Source of the DNA: an uncultured delta proteobacterium
GTDB taxonomy: Bacteria; Myxococcota; Myxococcia; Myxococcales; Myxococcaceae
Assembly (NCBI GenBank): GCA_963713045.1
Contig: CAVQKE010000004.1
Coordinates: 704,001 to 768,000, forward strand
Length of the DNA: 64,000 nt
Direction: 5' to 3'
The notes beneath the pieces were generated by a model, which was not told the origin of the DNA, made no database searches, and saw only the letters and a list, made by a program, of their open reading frames with translations. Position 1 is the stretch's first letter; every line of letters begins with the position of its first letter. The position numbers and the translations under genes are program-made. Of the stretch, positions 10,220 through 21,398 are shown piece by piece.

Positions 10220-11104
10220 ATGAACAGGAGCAGCCCAGCGCCTGACCCCGCGCTTCCGCGGCGCGTGCTCCGGTCGGTCCGGCCGGGTGGGACTCGCGTC
10301 ATGGTGGGTTCGGTGCTGGTGGGTGGACCGGAATTCGTGGTCGCCGCCGGTCCCTGCGCGGTGGAGACAGCGGCCCAGCTGTCAGACACTGCCGCGGCGG
10401 TGGCCGATTGCGGAGCGCACCTCTTGCGGGGGGGCATCTTCAAGCCCCGCACCAGCCCCTACGCTTTCCAGGGACTGGGAGAGCCCGGCGTCGCGCTCTT
10501 GGAACGGGCGCGGACTCGACACGCCCTGGGGGTGGTGGCGGAAGTCCTCGACACCGAGCAGCTGGCGGCCCTCATCGACCACGTGGACATGCTGCAGGTG
10601 GGGGCACGCAACATGCAGAATTTCACCCTGCTGCGCGCCCTCGGGAAGGTGCGGCGTCCGGTGTTGCTCAAGCGGGGTCTGGCGGCGACGTTTCAGGAGT
10701 GGCTGCTCGCCGCGGAGTACCTGCTGGACGGCGGCAACGAGCAAGTCATCCTCTGCGAGCGGGGAATCCGGACTTTCGAGCCAGCCATGCGCAACACGCT
10801 GGACCTCGCCTCGGTGGCCCTGGCCAAGGCCCGCTGCCACTTGCCGGTGATGGTCGACCCCAGCCACGCCACCGGAAGCCGGGAGCTCGTCATCCCGATG
10901 GCGCTGGCCGCCGCCGCCGCCGGCGCCGACGGGCTGCTGGTGGAAGTGCACGCCCGGCCCGACGAGGCCCTCTGCGACGGTGCGCAGGCCCTTACTCCAG
11001 AGTTGTTTGCGGAGCTGATGCAGAGACTGCCTCCGGTGTTGCACGCGGTGGGACGCTCGATGCATGCCCGGCCGACGCCGGTGGCCAACGTGAGGGCGCT
11101 ATGA
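10220..11104 (+). CDS. aroF: DAHP synthase, type I-beta
   Basis: AGPCAVE, KPRTSPYAFQG, GARNMQNF, LKRG, CERGIRTFE, DPSH. Confidence 0.93.
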   Translation: MNRSSPAPDPALPRRVLRSVRPGGTRVMVGSVLVGGPEFVVAAGPCAVETAAQLSDTAAAVADCGAHLLRGGIFKPRTSPYAFQGLGEPGVALLERARTRHALGVVAEVLDTEQLAALIDHVDMLQVGARNMQNFTLLRALGKVRRPVLLKRGLAATFQEWLLAAEYLLDGGNEQVILCERGIRTFEPAMRNTLDLASVALAKARCHLPVMVDPSHATGSRELVIPMALAAAAAGADGLLVEVHARPDEALCDGAQALTPELFAELMQRLPPVLHAVGRSMHARPTPVANVRAL

Positions 11105-11799
11105 GCGAGCAGGTGCGCGACATGTTTTCCTCCATCGCGCCCCGCTACGACTTGACCAACGTGGTGCTGTCCTTCGGCGTGGACCGCCTGTGGCGACACA
11201 CAGCAGTGCGGGCCAGCGGCGCTGCCCCCGGCGCTCGTGTCCTCGACTGCGCCACGGGGACCGGCGACTTAGCGCTGGCCCTGAGGCGGGCCGTCGGCCC
11301 CGGGGGGGATGTGGTGGCGATGGACTTTTGCGCGCCGATGCTCGGCGCTGCCCAGCAGAAAGCGCAACGGGCGGGCTTGGGAGACATTCGCTTCGAGGTG
11401 GCCGACGTCCTGGCCCTGCCCTACCCCACGGCCCGCTTCGACATTGCGACCATCGCCTTCGGCATCCGCAACGTGGACGACCCAGTGCGATGTCTACAGG
11501 AAATGTCGCGCGTGGTGCGTCGGGGGGGGCGGGTGGTGGTGCTCGAATTCGGCCAGCCCGAGGGCCTCTGGGGGGCGCTTTATCGCACCTACTCCAGGCG
11601 GCTGATGCCGTGGCTGGGAGGGCTGCTCACCGGCAACCGCTCGGCCTATGCCTATTTGCCCCGCACCGCCGCGGCCTTCCCGGCCGGGCAGCGCTTCCTG
11701 GAACTGATGGACCAGGCTGGCACCTTCTCCTCGCGGCAGGCCCGCTCGCTCAGCGGCGGCATTGCCCTGGTCTACGTCGGGGAAGTCCGGGGCGGCTGA
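11101..11799 (+). CDS. menG: Demethylmenaquinone methyltransferase (UbiE/MenG)
   Basis: MFSSIAPRYDLTN, LDCATGTGD, AFGIRNV, VLEF; ATGA overlap with aroF. Confidence 0.93.
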   Translation: MSEQVRDMFSSIAPRYDLTNVVLSFGVDRLWRHTAVRASGAAPGARVLDCATGTGDLALALRRAVGPGGDVVAMDFCAPMLGAAQQKAQRAGLGDIRFEVADVLALPYPTARFDIATIAFGIRNVDDPVRCLQEMSRVVRRGGRVVVLEFGQPEGLWGALYRTYSRRLMPWLGGLLTGNRSAYAYLPRTAAAFPAGQRFLELMDQAGTFSSRQARSLSGGIALVYVGEVRGG

Positions 11800-11807
11800 A
11801 GTGTTTC

Positions 11808-12458
11808 CTAGAGGCGCGACTGCTCGAAGTCGTAGATTTTTTCGACCGCAATTTGCCGATAGCGGTCGACCTTCATGGCCCGCTTTGCCGCCTCCCACAC
11901 CAGCTCCTTTGGCGAGCGTTCGGGCTCCTTCTTCTTCCGGCGCTTCACCTCACGCTTGATGGCCTTCACCGCCTCGCGCGGGTGGAAGCAGAAGGCGGGC
12001 GAGAAAACCAACCCGCCGTGCAGTGGGAGGAGGCGCGCTTCGAGCACGTCGCCCTTCTGCAGCCCGGCCAGGGTGCGACGCTCGGTGACGTCGTGGTCGA
12101 CCCCGCTGAAAAGTTCCCTCAGCCTGACAAAACCGGCGCCAAGCTTGCGGACCTCAAACAGGCCATGGATGGTGCGCGTGAGCGCGTCGACCAGGCCGGC
12201 GTCGGGAGCTCCGGAGCTCAACTTGACGGCGTGAAACTCCTCAGCCGGCGTCCGTCCGGTGCTCGGGGAGCGGTAGTCAAAGACGTAGTAGTCGAGAAAG
12301 CAGGCCATCCGCATCTCAAAGTTGCGGTCGTCCTCGAAGACTTCTCCGGTAAGCCGGAAGTAGTCGGCCTTGGCCGCGAGCACGTCAGGCTGGCGCTCCG
12401 GTTGGCTCGCCAAGGCAAAGAGCGAGTCCAGAAGCGCCGGGTAGGAAGCTGCCTCCAT
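11808..12458 (-). CDS. Hypothetical protein
   Basis: 216-aa globular-looking ORF filling the space downstream of carA. Confidence 0.75.
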   Translation of the reverse strand: MEAASYPALLDSLFALASQPERQPDVLAAKADYFRLTGEVFEDDRNFEMRMACFLDYYVFDYRSPSTGRTPAEEFHAVKLSSGAPDAGLVDALTRTIHGLFEVRKLGAGFVRLRELFSGVDHDVTERRTLAGLQKGDVLEARLLPLHGGLVFSPAFCFHPREAVKAIKREVKRRKKKEPERSPKELVWEAAKRAMKVDRYRQIAVEKIYDFEQSRL

Positions 12459-12476
12459 CGGGTGTGGCCAGCGAGT

Positions 12477-13589
12477 CTAGCGCGCCATCGCCCGCGTGAA
12501 GCGAGCGAAGAGGTGTCTCGCGTCGTGTGGGCCCGGAGAGGATTCTGGGTGGTATTGAACGCTGAAGGCGCGGCCATCTGGAACTTCGAGCCCTTCGACC
12601 GTCCCGTCGTTCAGATTGACATGGGTAACAACCGCCCTGCCTTGGAGGCTGTCCGCGTCGACAGCGAAGCCGTGGTTCTGGGCGGTAATTTCCACGCGGC
12701 CCGTCACCAAGTCCTTCACCGGTTGGTTTGCGCCGCGGTGGCCAAACTTCATCTTGTAGGTTTTGCCTCCCACCGCGCGGGCGAGGATTTGATGGCCCAA
12801 GCAGATGCCAAACACGGGCACGCGCCCAAGGAGAGCCGCCACCGCCGACTCCGCCCCCGGCACGGCGGCCGGGTCTCCCGGACCGTTGGTGAGGAAGACG
12901 CCGTGCGGCTTTCGGGCGAGGACCTCCGCCGCCGAGGTGGTGGCAGGCACCACGGTGACCCGGCAGCCGGCCTCCACCAGGAGCTGGAGCATGGCCCGCT
13001 TCAGGCCAAAGTCGTAGGCCACCACGTCGAAGCGCTTGGCCAGCGGCGGTCGTTCCGTCCCGAATATCTCCGGCATGCCTTCGGTGAATTCATACGGGGC
13101 ACGTGCCGAAATGCCGCTGACCAGGTCCCGGCCCTCCATGCCCGGCGCTTGACGTGCTCGCTCCACCAGCGCCGAGGCCGAATGGCCTTCGCTGCTGACC
13201 ACACCCATCTGGGCGCCATGCGTCCTCAGGTGCCGCACCAGCTTGCGGGTATCCAGGCCGGCGATGCCCACCACGTCGAAGCCCCGCAAGTACTCATCGA
13301 GCGATTGCTGCGCCCTCCAGCTGCTGGGCGTTTCGCTGACGTTGCGCACCACCATCCCGACGGCGTGCGGACGGGCCGACTCCTGGTCCAGGGCGTTGGC
13401 ACCAACGTTGCCCATCTCTGGAGCGGCCATGGTGACAATCTGCGCGACGTAGCTCGGGTCGGTGAGGATTTCTTGGTAACCAGACATCGAGGTGTTGAAG
13501 ACCACCTCGCCAATACGCTCGCCGGGCGCGCCAAAGGCCCGGCCCTCAAAAACCGTTCCATCTGCCAGGGCCAGCGTCGCGCCGCGCAC
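12477..13589 (-). CDS. carA: Carbamoyl-phosphate synthase small subunit
   Basis: [32 protein letters not shown]. Confidence 0.97.
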   Translation of the reverse strand: MRGATLALADGTVFEGRAFGAPGERIGEVVFNTSMSGYQEILTDPSYVAQIVTMAAPEMGNVGANALDQESARPHAVGMVVRNVSETPSSWRAQQSLDEYLRGFDVVGIAGLDTRKLVRHLRTHGAQMGVVSSEGHSASALVERARQAPGMEGRDLVSGISARAPYEFTEGMPEIFGTERPPLAKRFDVVAYDFGLKRAMLQLLVEAGCRVTVVPATTSAAEVLARKPHGVFLTNGPGDPAAVPGAESAVAALLGRVPVFGICLGHQILARAVGGKTYKMKFGHRGANQPVKDLVTGRVEITAQNHGFAVDADSLQGRAVVTHVNLNDGTVEGLEVPDGRAFSVQYHPESSPGPHDARHLFARFTRAMAR

Positions 13590-14903
13590 TTAGTTTTCCT
13601 CCGTCTGCAGCGCACCCTCGAAGAAGACCGGTCGTCCGGCGACGAAGGTGTGGATGACCCGACCTACCATCTGCATTCCGGCAAAGGGCGTGTTTCGGCT
13701 CCGCGAGTGGAAGTGCGTGGGCTCGACACGCCATTCCGCCGCCGGGTCCACCACCGTCACGTCGGCCGGCTCCCCGGGAAGTAGCTGTCCACCAGGAAGT
13801 CCGAAGGCGGCGGCTGGCCCCGCCGACAGCAACTCCACCGCCCTGGACGCCGACAGGACGCCCGAGCGTGCCAGCGCCAGCGTCAGCGGGAGCGCCGTCT
13901 CTAGGCCGACGACGCCGTTCGCCGCCTCGGCGAAGGGGACCTGCTTCTCAAGAATGCTGTGGGGCGCATGGTCGGTGGCGATGGCGTCGATGGTGCCGTC
14001 GGCCAGGCCCTGCCGGAGGGCTGCCAGGTCCTCTGGCCCACGCAGCGGGGGTGTCATCTTGGCGTCGGTATTCCAATCCGCGGCGGCTGCGTCGGTCAGT
14101 GTGAAGTGATGGGGTGTCACCTCCGCGGTAACGCGCAAGCCCCGCGCTTTGGCCTGGCGGACCAGCCGCACGCTTTCCGCGCAGCTGAGGTGAGCGATGT
14201 GCAGGTGCCCACCCACTTCCTCGAGGAGAACCAAGTCCCGGGCCACCATCGCCACCTCGGCAGAACGGGGAATGGGCAACAGCCCCAGCCGCGTGGCCTG
14301 GGTGCCCTCGGTGAGCGCCCCTCCCGCCGAAAGCGTCAAGTCCTCCTCGTGCACCATCACTGGGCGGCCCAGCCCCCGGGCGTACTGCAGCACCCGCCGC
14401 ATCAAGGCGGCACTCATCACCGGGCGGCCGTCGTCGGTGAAGCAGACGCAGCCTGCCGCCGCAAGCTCACCTAGCTCGGCCATCTCTTCCCCGGCCAACC
14501 CCTTGCTGATGGCACCGGCCGGCCAAACCCGGGCCAGGTGGGCGGCCGCCGCGCGCTCTTGAATGAAGCGCGTCACCAGCGCCGAGTCGTTGGGCGGTCG
14601 GGTGTTCGGCATCGCCACCACCGAGGTGTAACCGCCCGCGACCGCGGCCCGGGTGCCGGTGAGGATGGTTTCCTTTCCTTCGTCCCCCGGCTCGCGCAGG
14701 TGGACGTGCAAGTCGATGAAGCCGGGGCACACCCAGAGGCCGGTGACGTCCACCTCCCGAGCGCCGTCGGCGGCCAGCGGTCGGTCCGACGTGGCCACCA
14801 CCTGGCCGTTTCTGAAGAGCACATCCTGCACGGCGTCGATGCCGCGCCGCGGGTCAATCAGTCGACCGCCGCGGAGGAGAAAGCCGTTGGCGCTCAAGCG
14901 CAT
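13590..14903 (-). CDS. pyrC: Dihydroorotase
   Basis: DLHVHLREPG, MPNT, ATDHAPH, SRNTPF. Confidence 0.95.
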   Translation of the reverse strand: MRLSANGFLLRGGRLIDPRRGIDAVQDVLFRNGQVVATSDRPLAADGAREVDVTGLWVCPGFIDLHVHLREPGDEGKETILTGTRAAVAGGYTSVVAMPNTRPPNDSALVTRFIQERAAAAHLARVWPAGAISKGLAGEEMAELGELAAAGCVCFTDDGRPVMSAALMRRVLQYARGLGRPVMVHEEDLTLSAGGALTEGTQATRLGLLPIPRSAEVAMVARDLVLLEEVGGHLHIAHLSCAESVRLVRQAKARGLRVTAEVTPHHFTLTDAAAADWNTDAKMTPPLRGPEDLAALRQGLADGTIDAIATDHAPHSILEKQVPFAEAANGVVGLETALPLTLALARSGVLSASRAVELLSAGPAAAFGLPGGQLLPGEPADVTVVDPAAEWRVEPTHFHSRSRNTPFAGMQMVGRVIHTFVAGRPVFFEGALQTEEN

Positions 14904-15805
14904 GCCTCGAGGATGGCCATCCGGACCGCGACCCCAAGCGAGACCTGAGCCAGAATGACGTTGGCTGGCCCATCGGCGACCTCCGGAGCGAGCTCCACCC
15001 CGCGGTTGACCGGTCCGGGGTGCATCACCAAGACGCCAGGCCGCAGCCGTGCCGCGCGGTCGGCGGTGAGGCCGAACATCCGCGCATACTCGCGCACCGA
15101 TGGGACGTACCCAGCCGTCTGACGCTCCCCCTGCACTCGCAGCACCATCACCGCATCGGCCTCAGCCAATGCCACGTCGAGCGACGCTGCGACGCGCCCC
15201 CCGAGCTGCTCCAGCCCGGCCGGCATCAACGTCGGGGGACCCGAGAAGACGACCTGCGCCCCGAGGGTGGTGAGGCAATAGAGGTTGCTTCGGGCAACCC
15301 GGCTGTGGAGGACGTCCCCCACGATGGCCACCGTCTTCCCCTCGAGCGAGCCCCAACGCTCGTGAAGCATGAAGGCGTCCAGCAGGGCCTGCGAGGGATG
15401 GGCGTGGGTGCCATCCCCGGCATTGACCACCGCGCACCGGACGTGCCGGGAGGCGAGGAACGCGGCCCCGGAAGCGGGGTGGCGGATGACCAGCGCCGCG
15501 ACGCCCAGGGCTTCCACGTTGCGTACCGTGTCGGTCAGCGTCTCGCCTTTGGTGACGCTCGAGGTCTGCACAGTGAAGTTGAGAACGTCAGCGCCGAGGG
15601 CTTTGGCCGCACGCTCGAAGGACAACCGGGTCCGGGTACTGGCCTCGAAGAAGAGGTTGGCGACCACCTTGCCTTCCAGCGCGCGCACCGTGTGGCCAGT
15701 TTCCAGGCCGCGGGCATGCAGGCGCGCGCGCGCGAACAGCGATTCCACCTCGGAGCGGGACATGCCCTCGGTGGTGAGAAGGCTGTGCCGAGCGTGTGGC
15801 TTCAC
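14894..15805 (-). CDS. pyrB: Aspartate carbamoyltransferase catalytic subunit
   Basis: FFEASTRT, HPSQALLD, HSRVARS, MHPGPVNRGVE; GTGA overlap with upstream gene. Confidence 0.96.
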   Translation of the reverse strand: MKPHARHSLLTTEGMSRSEVESLFARARLHARGLETGHTVRALEGKVVANLFFEASTRTRLSFERAAKALGADVLNFTVQTSSVTKGETLTDTVRNVEALGVAALVIRHPASGAAFLASRHVRCAVVNAGDGTHAHPSQALLDAFMLHERWGSLEGKTVAIVGDVLHSRVARSNLYCLTTLGAQVVFSGPPTLMPAGLEQLGGRVAASLDVALAEADAVMVLRVQGERQTAGYVPSVREYARMFGLTADRAARLRPGVLVMHPGPVNRGVELAPEVADGPANVILAQVSLGVAVRMAILEACA

Positions 15806-16221
15806 CTGGGCAGTGTCCCCGCCTTCTCCACGTGAAAGTCGAAGGTCTTGAACCTCTCGGTAGGCCACAACCGCACTTCCCGCTGGTAGTCCACTTGGAT
15901 CCGGCCGCTGCCGTTAGCCGCTCCTTCGCGTTCGATGACCACGTCGTCGTCGGTCAAATCGAGGCCCGGCTTCTCCTCCCGCTGGCCACCGTGCGTTTCC
16001 CAGTGGGTGCCAATTCGGTTGGCGCGTGACAGTAGGTAGAGCTTGATGCGCCCGTCGTCTGGGTCTGCCCCCATCCGGTTGAAGGAGGCGGCGACGGCCT
16101 CTCGCATGTCCAAGTTGTCAAGGTACAGCGGGATGATGAGCCAGCCCGCGTAGCCGGCCGCAGCCAACGCCAGCAAGAGGACCAGGGTGACGAGGCTGAC
16201 GGCTCCACGGGCTCTGCGCAC
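15802..16221 (-). CDS. Small membrane-anchored protein, DUF4845-like
   Basis: Pilin-like N-terminal hydrophobic segment followed by IPLYLDN; located downstream of lepB. Confidence 0.65.
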   Translation of the reverse strand: MRRARGAVSLVTLVLLLALAAAGYAGWLIIPLYLDNLDMREAVAASFNRMGADPDDGRIKLYLLSRANRIGTHWETHGGQREEKPGLDLTDDDVVIEREGAANGSGRIQVDYQREVRLWPTERFKTFDFHVEKAGTLPR

Positions 16222-16296
16222 GGTGGCAGTAGCTACAGTGCCAGTCCGACGCTCGTCAATGCCGCAGACGCGTGGGGGTTGACGGCCCAGCGCGAG

Positions 16297-17580
16297 CTAC
16301 CGCACCGGGTGAAAAAAGCGCTCGGTGCGGATGCCGGTGCCTCCGAAGAACTGAGAGAACAGTCCGCCGTGGCCGAGCGAAAGCCAGACAATCATCGCCT
16401 TTCCTTTGATGTTGCCGTAGGGGACATAGAGCGGTTTCTCTCGTCCGCCAAAGCCGACGCGGCTATCGGCGCTGTCATCCCGGTTGTCGCCCATCACGAA
16501 GACCGACTTCTCCGGGACGTGGAAGGGACCGGTCTCGCTGGAGCGCGGCTGGAACGGGCGCTGGAGGGTCTGGTGCAAATGCCCGGTCAAGTTCTCCTGG
16601 TAGAGCTGGTCGAGCTCCATTTTCCAGTCGTTCTCGAAGAGGCCGGCGACCGACCAATCGGAAGCGTTGCTGTCCTCCTTCCAGGCCGGGAAGTCGTTGG
16701 ACAACAGCGTGCGGGGCTGCTCGCGCCCATTGATGTAGACCACGTCGTCGCGAAGCTCCACCACGTCACCGGGGACACCCACCACCCGTTTGATGAAGTC
16801 CTTGGAGGTGTCCGCTGGGTTGTTGAAAACGATGACGTCCCCCCGTTCCGGCTCGCGCACCAGCGCGAACGGGACGATGTTGAGGTACGGGATTCGAACG
16901 CCGTAAATGAATTTGTTGACGAAAATCTGGTCGCCGATTTCCAGGGTGGGAATCATCGACCCGGAGGGAATTTTGAAGGGCTCCACCAGCACGGTGCGAA
17001 TCAGCAGTGCCACCAACAGGGCCTTGGCCAGCCCGACCACCAAGTCCGCCGTCTCGTTCCGGCTGCGGCCAGGAAGCGCCGCGCCGGCGTCCACCAGCGC
17101 GCGGAGCTGCTTCTCCAGGACGGTCGCGTCGTCTCCAAGCATCGCGGCATCGACGCGCGCCGCCACCTCCACCAGACGCTCCCGGGTCCGAGGGTCGATT
17201 TTCGCCCCACGGGCACGCAGCGCCGCGTCCACCTCGCCGGTCGCCTCCCGCGCCTCGTGCCGTAAGCGGCGCAGACGCGAGGCATGTTTGGCTGTCAACC
17301 GGAAGACGAGCAGCCCCACAAACCACAGGAAGGCAAGCAGCCCCAAGCCGCGCATCGCCGGCGCCGCCCAGCGCGCGCTCGCCGGGTAAAGCTCAACCAA
17401 GAGGAGATAGGGAATCAGCGCCAGCGCGAGGGCGGTCACCGGCGCCCAAAGGCTGCTCAGCAGGTCGCGCAGGTAGAGGCGCCGGCGGAGTCGCTCCTGG
17501 CCCTCGGTGCGGCGCGCCGAAAGCACCCCAAGCAGGCTCCCCTCCGGTTCCGAAGTGGCGCTGGCGGTGGGCGCGCTCAT
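16297..17580 (-). CDS. lepB: Signal peptidase I with long N-terminal membrane extension
   Basis: [10 protein letters not shown] (Ser), DFIKRVVG (Lys), [15 protein letters not shown] overlap with lepA. Confidence 0.95.
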   Translation of the reverse strand: MSAPTASATSEPEGSLLGVLSARRTEGQERLRRRLYLRDLLSSLWAPVTALALALIPYLLLVELYPASARWAAPAMRGLGLLAFLWFVGLLVFRLTAKHASRLRRLRHEAREATGEVDAALRARGAKIDPRTRERLVEVAARVDAAMLGDDATVLEKQLRALVDAGAALPGRSRNETADLVVGLAKALLVALLIRTVLVEPFKIPSGSMIPTLEIGDQIFVNKFIYGVRIPYLNIVPFALVREPERGDVIVFNNPADTSKDFIKRVVGVPGDVVELRDDVVYINGREQPRTLLSNDFPAWKEDSNASDWSVAGLFENDWKMELDQLYQENLTGHLHQTLQRPFQPRSSETGPFHVPEKSVFVMGDNRDDSADSRVGFGGREKPLYVPYGNIKGKAMIVWLSLGHGGLFSQFFGGTGIRTERFFHPVR

Positions 17581-19388
17581 TCGTCCGTCCGGAGCACGGC
17601 GAGAAAGGCCTCCTGAGGAATTTCCACGCTTCCCACCTGCTTCATCCGCTTCTTTCCTTCTTTCTGTTTTTCCAAGAGCTTTCGCTTGCGGCTGATGTCG
17701 CCACCGTAGCACTTCGCCAGCACGTTCTTGCGCATCGCCGAGATGGTCTCGCGGGCGATGACCCGGCTGCCGATGGCCGCCTGGATGGCCACTTCGTACA
17801 TCTGCTTGGGAATGACCTGCTTCAACCGGGCGCAGACGTCCCGCCCCCGCTGGTAGGCCCGGTCACGGTGGACGATGACGCTTAAGGCATCGACCGCCTC
17901 TCCATTGATGAGGATGTCCAGCTTCACCAGCTCCGCCGGCTGGTAACCGGCCAACTCATAGTCGAGGGACGCGTAGCCCCGGCTCACACTCTTCAGCTTG
18001 TCGAAAAAGTCGAACACCACCTCGGCCAAGGGCATGGCGTAGGTGACTTGCACCCGTTTCCCGGAGGTCCCAAGGTACTTAATGTCCCGCTGTACGCCGC
18101 GGCGGTCCTGGCACAGTTTGAGGACCCCACCCAAGTACTCATCCGGGACGTGGATGTGACACGTCAACAGCGGCTCCTCCAGGTGCTCGATGTTTTGCAC
18201 TGGCGGCAGGCGCGCTGGGTTGTCCACCAAGAGCTCCTCCCCCTGGTGGGTAAACACCTTGTAGACGACCGACGGGGCGGTCGTGATGAGGCTCAGGTTG
18301 TACTCGCGCTCAAGACGCTCCTGGACAATCTCCATGTGAAGCAGTCCGAGGTAGCCGCACCGAAAGCCAAAGCCAAGGGCGGTCGACGTCTCCGGCTCGT
18401 AGGTGAAGGCCGAGTCGTTGAGCCGCAGCTTCTCCAGCGCGTCCCGCAGGTCCTCGTAGTCACCAGCGTCGATGGGGAAGATGCCGCTAAAAACCATCGG
18501 CTTGACTTCCTGGAAGCCTGGAAAGGGAGTCACACAGGGCCGGGCCGCTTCGGTCACGGTGTCCCCCACCTTGGCGTCGTGGATGACCTTGACGCCCGCG
18601 ATGAGAACCCCCACCTCGCCGGCCTGCAGCTGCGACACCGGCTGGCTGAAGGGACTGAACACTCCAAGCTCCTGGACCTCGAACGTTTTCTGGTTGCTAA
18701 ACAAGAGAATCGCCTGCTTGTTCCTGAGCATCCCCTCCAGCACCCGCACCAGCATCACCACGCCTCGGTAGCTGTCGTACCAACTGTCGAACACCAGCGC
18801 CTTGAGGGGTGCCGCCGGGTCCCCTTGGGGCGGCGGCACCCTCTTCACTACCGCCTCGAGGATTTCGGTGATGCCGATGCCCTCCTTGGCGCTGGCCGGC
18901 ACCGCGCCCGAGGCGTCCAGGCCGATGACGTCTTCAATTTCGGCGCGCGTCCGCTCGGCATCGGCCGAGGGAAGGTCGATTTTGTTGATGACTGGAATGA
19001 CTTCCAGTCCCTGCTCGAGCGCCATGTAGACGTTGGCCAGCGTCTGGGCTTCCACGCCCTGGCTCGCGTCGACCACCAAGAGAGCCCCCTCGCACGCTGC
19101 CAGGGAGCGACTGACTTCGTATGCGAAATCGACGTGGCCCGGAGTGTCAATCAGGTTGAGGACGTACGTTTTCCCGTCCTGGGCGGTGTAATTCATCCGC
19201 ACCGACTGGGCCTTGATGGTGATGCCCCGCTCGCGCTCCAGGTCCATGTTGTCGAGGAATTGAGCCTGAGATTCACGCTTGCTCAGCGTTCCGGTGGCCT
19301 CGAGGAGCCGGTCCGCCAGCGTCGACTTCCCATGGTCGATGTGGGCGATGATGCAAAAGTTACGAATGTGGGCGTTCTCGGCGGCCAT
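17577..19388 (-). CDS. lepA: Translation elongation factor 4
   Basis: [54 protein letters not shown]. Confidence 0.98.
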   Translation of the reverse strand: MAAENAHIRNFCIIAHIDHGKSTLADRLLEATGTLSKRESQAQFLDNMDLERERGITIKAQSVRMNYTAQDGKTYVLNLIDTPGHVDFAYEVSRSLAACEGALLVVDASQGVEAQTLANVYMALEQGLEVIPVINKIDLPSADAERTRAEIEDVIGLDASGAVPASAKEGIGITEILEAVVKRVPPPQGDPAAPLKALVFDSWYDSYRGVVMLVRVLEGMLRNKQAILLFSNQKTFEVQELGVFSPFSQPVSQLQAGEVGVLIAGVKVIHDAKVGDTVTEAARPCVTPFPGFQEVKPMVFSGIFPIDAGDYEDLRDALEKLRLNDSAFTYEPETSTALGFGFRCGYLGLLHMEIVQERLEREYNLSLITTAPSVVYKVFTHQGEELLVDNPARLPPVQNIEHLEEPLLTCHIHVPDEYLGGVLKLCQDRRGVQRDIKYLGTSGKRVQVTYAMPLAEVVFDFFDKLKSVSRGYASLDYELAGYQPAELVKLDILINGEAVDALSVIVHRDRAYQRGRDVCARLKQVIPKQMYEVAIQAAIGSRVIARETISAMRKNVLAKCYGGDISRKRKLLEKQKEGKKRMKQVGSVEIPQEAFLAVLRTDE

Positions 19389-19474
19389 GGGAGGAGACGA
19401 GCGGCGGCCGGTCACCTACCACACCCAGGGGGGCGCGCGTCCACGCGCGGGGCTGGCCCGGCGGGCCCAGAGCC

Positions 19475-20403
19475 TCAACCGCGCGGGCGCTCGCGAAACC
19501 AAGCCAAAGTCCGCCGCAGGCCCTCTTCCAGCCTCACCGACGGCGACCAGCCAAGAAGGCGCGCCGCAAGAGCGGCGTCCAAGGACGAACGCAATTGCTC
19601 GCCCGGTTTGGCCTCGGCGTAGCGCGCCGGCTCCGGCCGTCCCGCCGCCATCGCCAACAGCGCATGCAACTGGTTGATGTCCGTCTCCACCCCGGTGCCG
19701 ATGTTGATTGGGCCCTCCACCGCGGCTCGCTCCACAGCGAGGAGGTTGGCCCGAGCCACGTCCTCGACGAAGACGAAGTCTCGGCTCTGGCGTCCGGTGC
19801 CGTAGATGGTGCACGGCTGGCCAGCCAACAGACGCTCACTGAAAATGGCCACCACGCCTGCTTCGCCGTGGGGGTTTTGCCTCGGCCCGTACACATTCGC
19901 GTAGCGCAGCGACACCGAGGGCAGAGCGTATTGGGCGCGGTAATAGCCGAGGTACAGCTCTCCGGATGCTTTCGACACCCCGTAAGGCGACACCGGGCGA
20001 ATGGGATGGCGTTCCGGAGCCGGAAACACGTCTTGCTCACCGTAAATGGCGCCGCCGGTCGAGCTGAAGACCACCTTCTTCACCCCTGCCCCCGCGCCGC
20101 CTCGAGCAGGTTGAGAAGGCCGAGGATGTTGGTGTCGGCATCGAAGGCCGGGGCACTGACGCTGGCGCGGACATCCATCTGAGCTGCCAGATGGCACAGG
20201 ACATCGGGTCGCTCGCGCCGCACCAGGGCCGCAGCCTCAGGACTCCGGATGTCCTGAACCACCAACCCGACGCCCGATGCGAGGTTTTCCCTCCGCCCGC
20301 TAGACAGGTTGTCGAGTGCCACGACGGTGTACCCGGCAGCGAGGAATACGTCGCAGACGTGGGAGCCGATGAAGCCGGCACCGCCGCTCACCAAAACCTT
20401 CAT
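19475..20403 (-). pseudogene. NAD-dependent epimerase (UDP-glucose 4-epimerase-like), split by a 1-nt frameshift
   Basis: [15 protein letters not shown]...LLEAAR in one frame and GVKKVVFSSTGGAIYG...YGVSK...YANVYGP in another; break at C5 run 20089-20093; could be a sequencing error. Confidence 0.85.
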
Positions 20404-21398
20404 TCGGCGGCCATCCGCCGCGCGCCGATGCTGGACAGCCCCGCGCCCTCCTGCTTCCGAAACCAGGCGATGGTCTCCTGAAGCCCCTGCGTTAAGTCCA
20501 CACGAGGCTCCCAGCCGAGCAGCGTGCGGGCGCGCGTAATATCCGGTTGACGCTGCTTCGGGTCGTCGGCGGGCAACGGCTGGAAGACGATGCGGCCACC
20601 ACCTCCGGCGGCTGCGCGCACTGCCTCGGCGAACTGGAGGATGGTCATCTCGACGGGGTTGCCGAGGTTCACCGGCTCTTGCACGTCCGAACCGGCCAGC
20701 CGTAGCAGTCCGTCGACCAAATCCTGCACGAAGCAAAAAGAGCGGGTTTGGCTCCCATCGCCGAAGACGGTGAAATCCTCCCCAGCCAAGGCTTGGGTGA
20801 CGAAGGCTGGCACCACCCGTCCGTCATTGAGGCGCATGCGCGGCCCGTAGGTGTTGAAGATGCGAACGATGCGCACCGACAACCCTCGGCTGCGTTTCCA
20901 GGCTGAGACCAGCGCCTCCCCGTAGCGCTTCGCTTCGTCGTACACGGCCCGGGGCCCGACCGGATTGACGTTGCCCCAGTAGTCCTCGCGCTGAGGATGG
21001 ACCAGTGGGTCCCCGTACACTTCGGACGTTGACGCTTGCAAGAAGACCGCCCCGGCGGCCTCGGCGAGCCGTAGTCCGTTCTCGGTACCGCGGGAGCCGA
21101 CCCGGAGTGTCTCCAGCGGCAGCTGGTGGTAGTCCACCGGGGACGCTGGCGAGGCGAGATTGAAGACGAAGTCGAGCCGCCCCTCGACGGCAAAGGATTC
21201 GCTGACGTCGGCCCGGACGTCCTCAAAGCCTGGACGTCCGCGAAGGCCGCTCAGGTTGGCGCTGTTTCCGGTGATGAGGTTGTCAACCGACACCACACGT
21301 TCGGCGCCCTCGGCGAACAGTCGCTCGCAGAGGTGTGACCCGATGAAGCCCGCTCCCCCCAGCACCACGCAGCGTCTTCCAGTCCAGGCGCCCTTCAC
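20400..21398 (-). CDS. UDP-glucuronic acid decarboxylase family protein
   Basis: [58 protein letters not shown]. Confidence 0.93.
   Translation of the reverse strand: MKGAWTGRRCVVLGGAGFIGSHLCERLFAEGAERVVSVDNLITGNSANLSGLRGRPGFEDVRADVSESFAVEGRLDFVFNLASPASPVDYHQLPLETLRVGSRGTENGLRLAEAAGAVFLQASTSEVYGDPLVHPQREDYWGNVNPVGPRAVYDEAKRYGEALVSAWKRSRGLSVRIVRIFNTYGPRMRLNDGRVVPAFVTQALAGEDFTVFGDGSQTRSFCFVQDLVDGLLRLAGSDVQEPVNLGNPVEMTILQFAEAVRAAAGGGGRIVFQPLPADDPKQRQPDITRARTLLGWEPRVDLTQGLQETIAWFRKQEGAGLSSIGARRMAAE

Noticed and set aside
11522..11529. G8 tract (and G7 at 11302) in menG as a phase-variation site
   Set aside because: Reading frame is intact and G runs in Arg/Gly codons are expected at this GC content
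11190..13784. 864-aa plus-strand ORF
   Set aside because: Out of frame over menG and antisense to carA and neighbours; no motifs; typical high-GC shadow ORF
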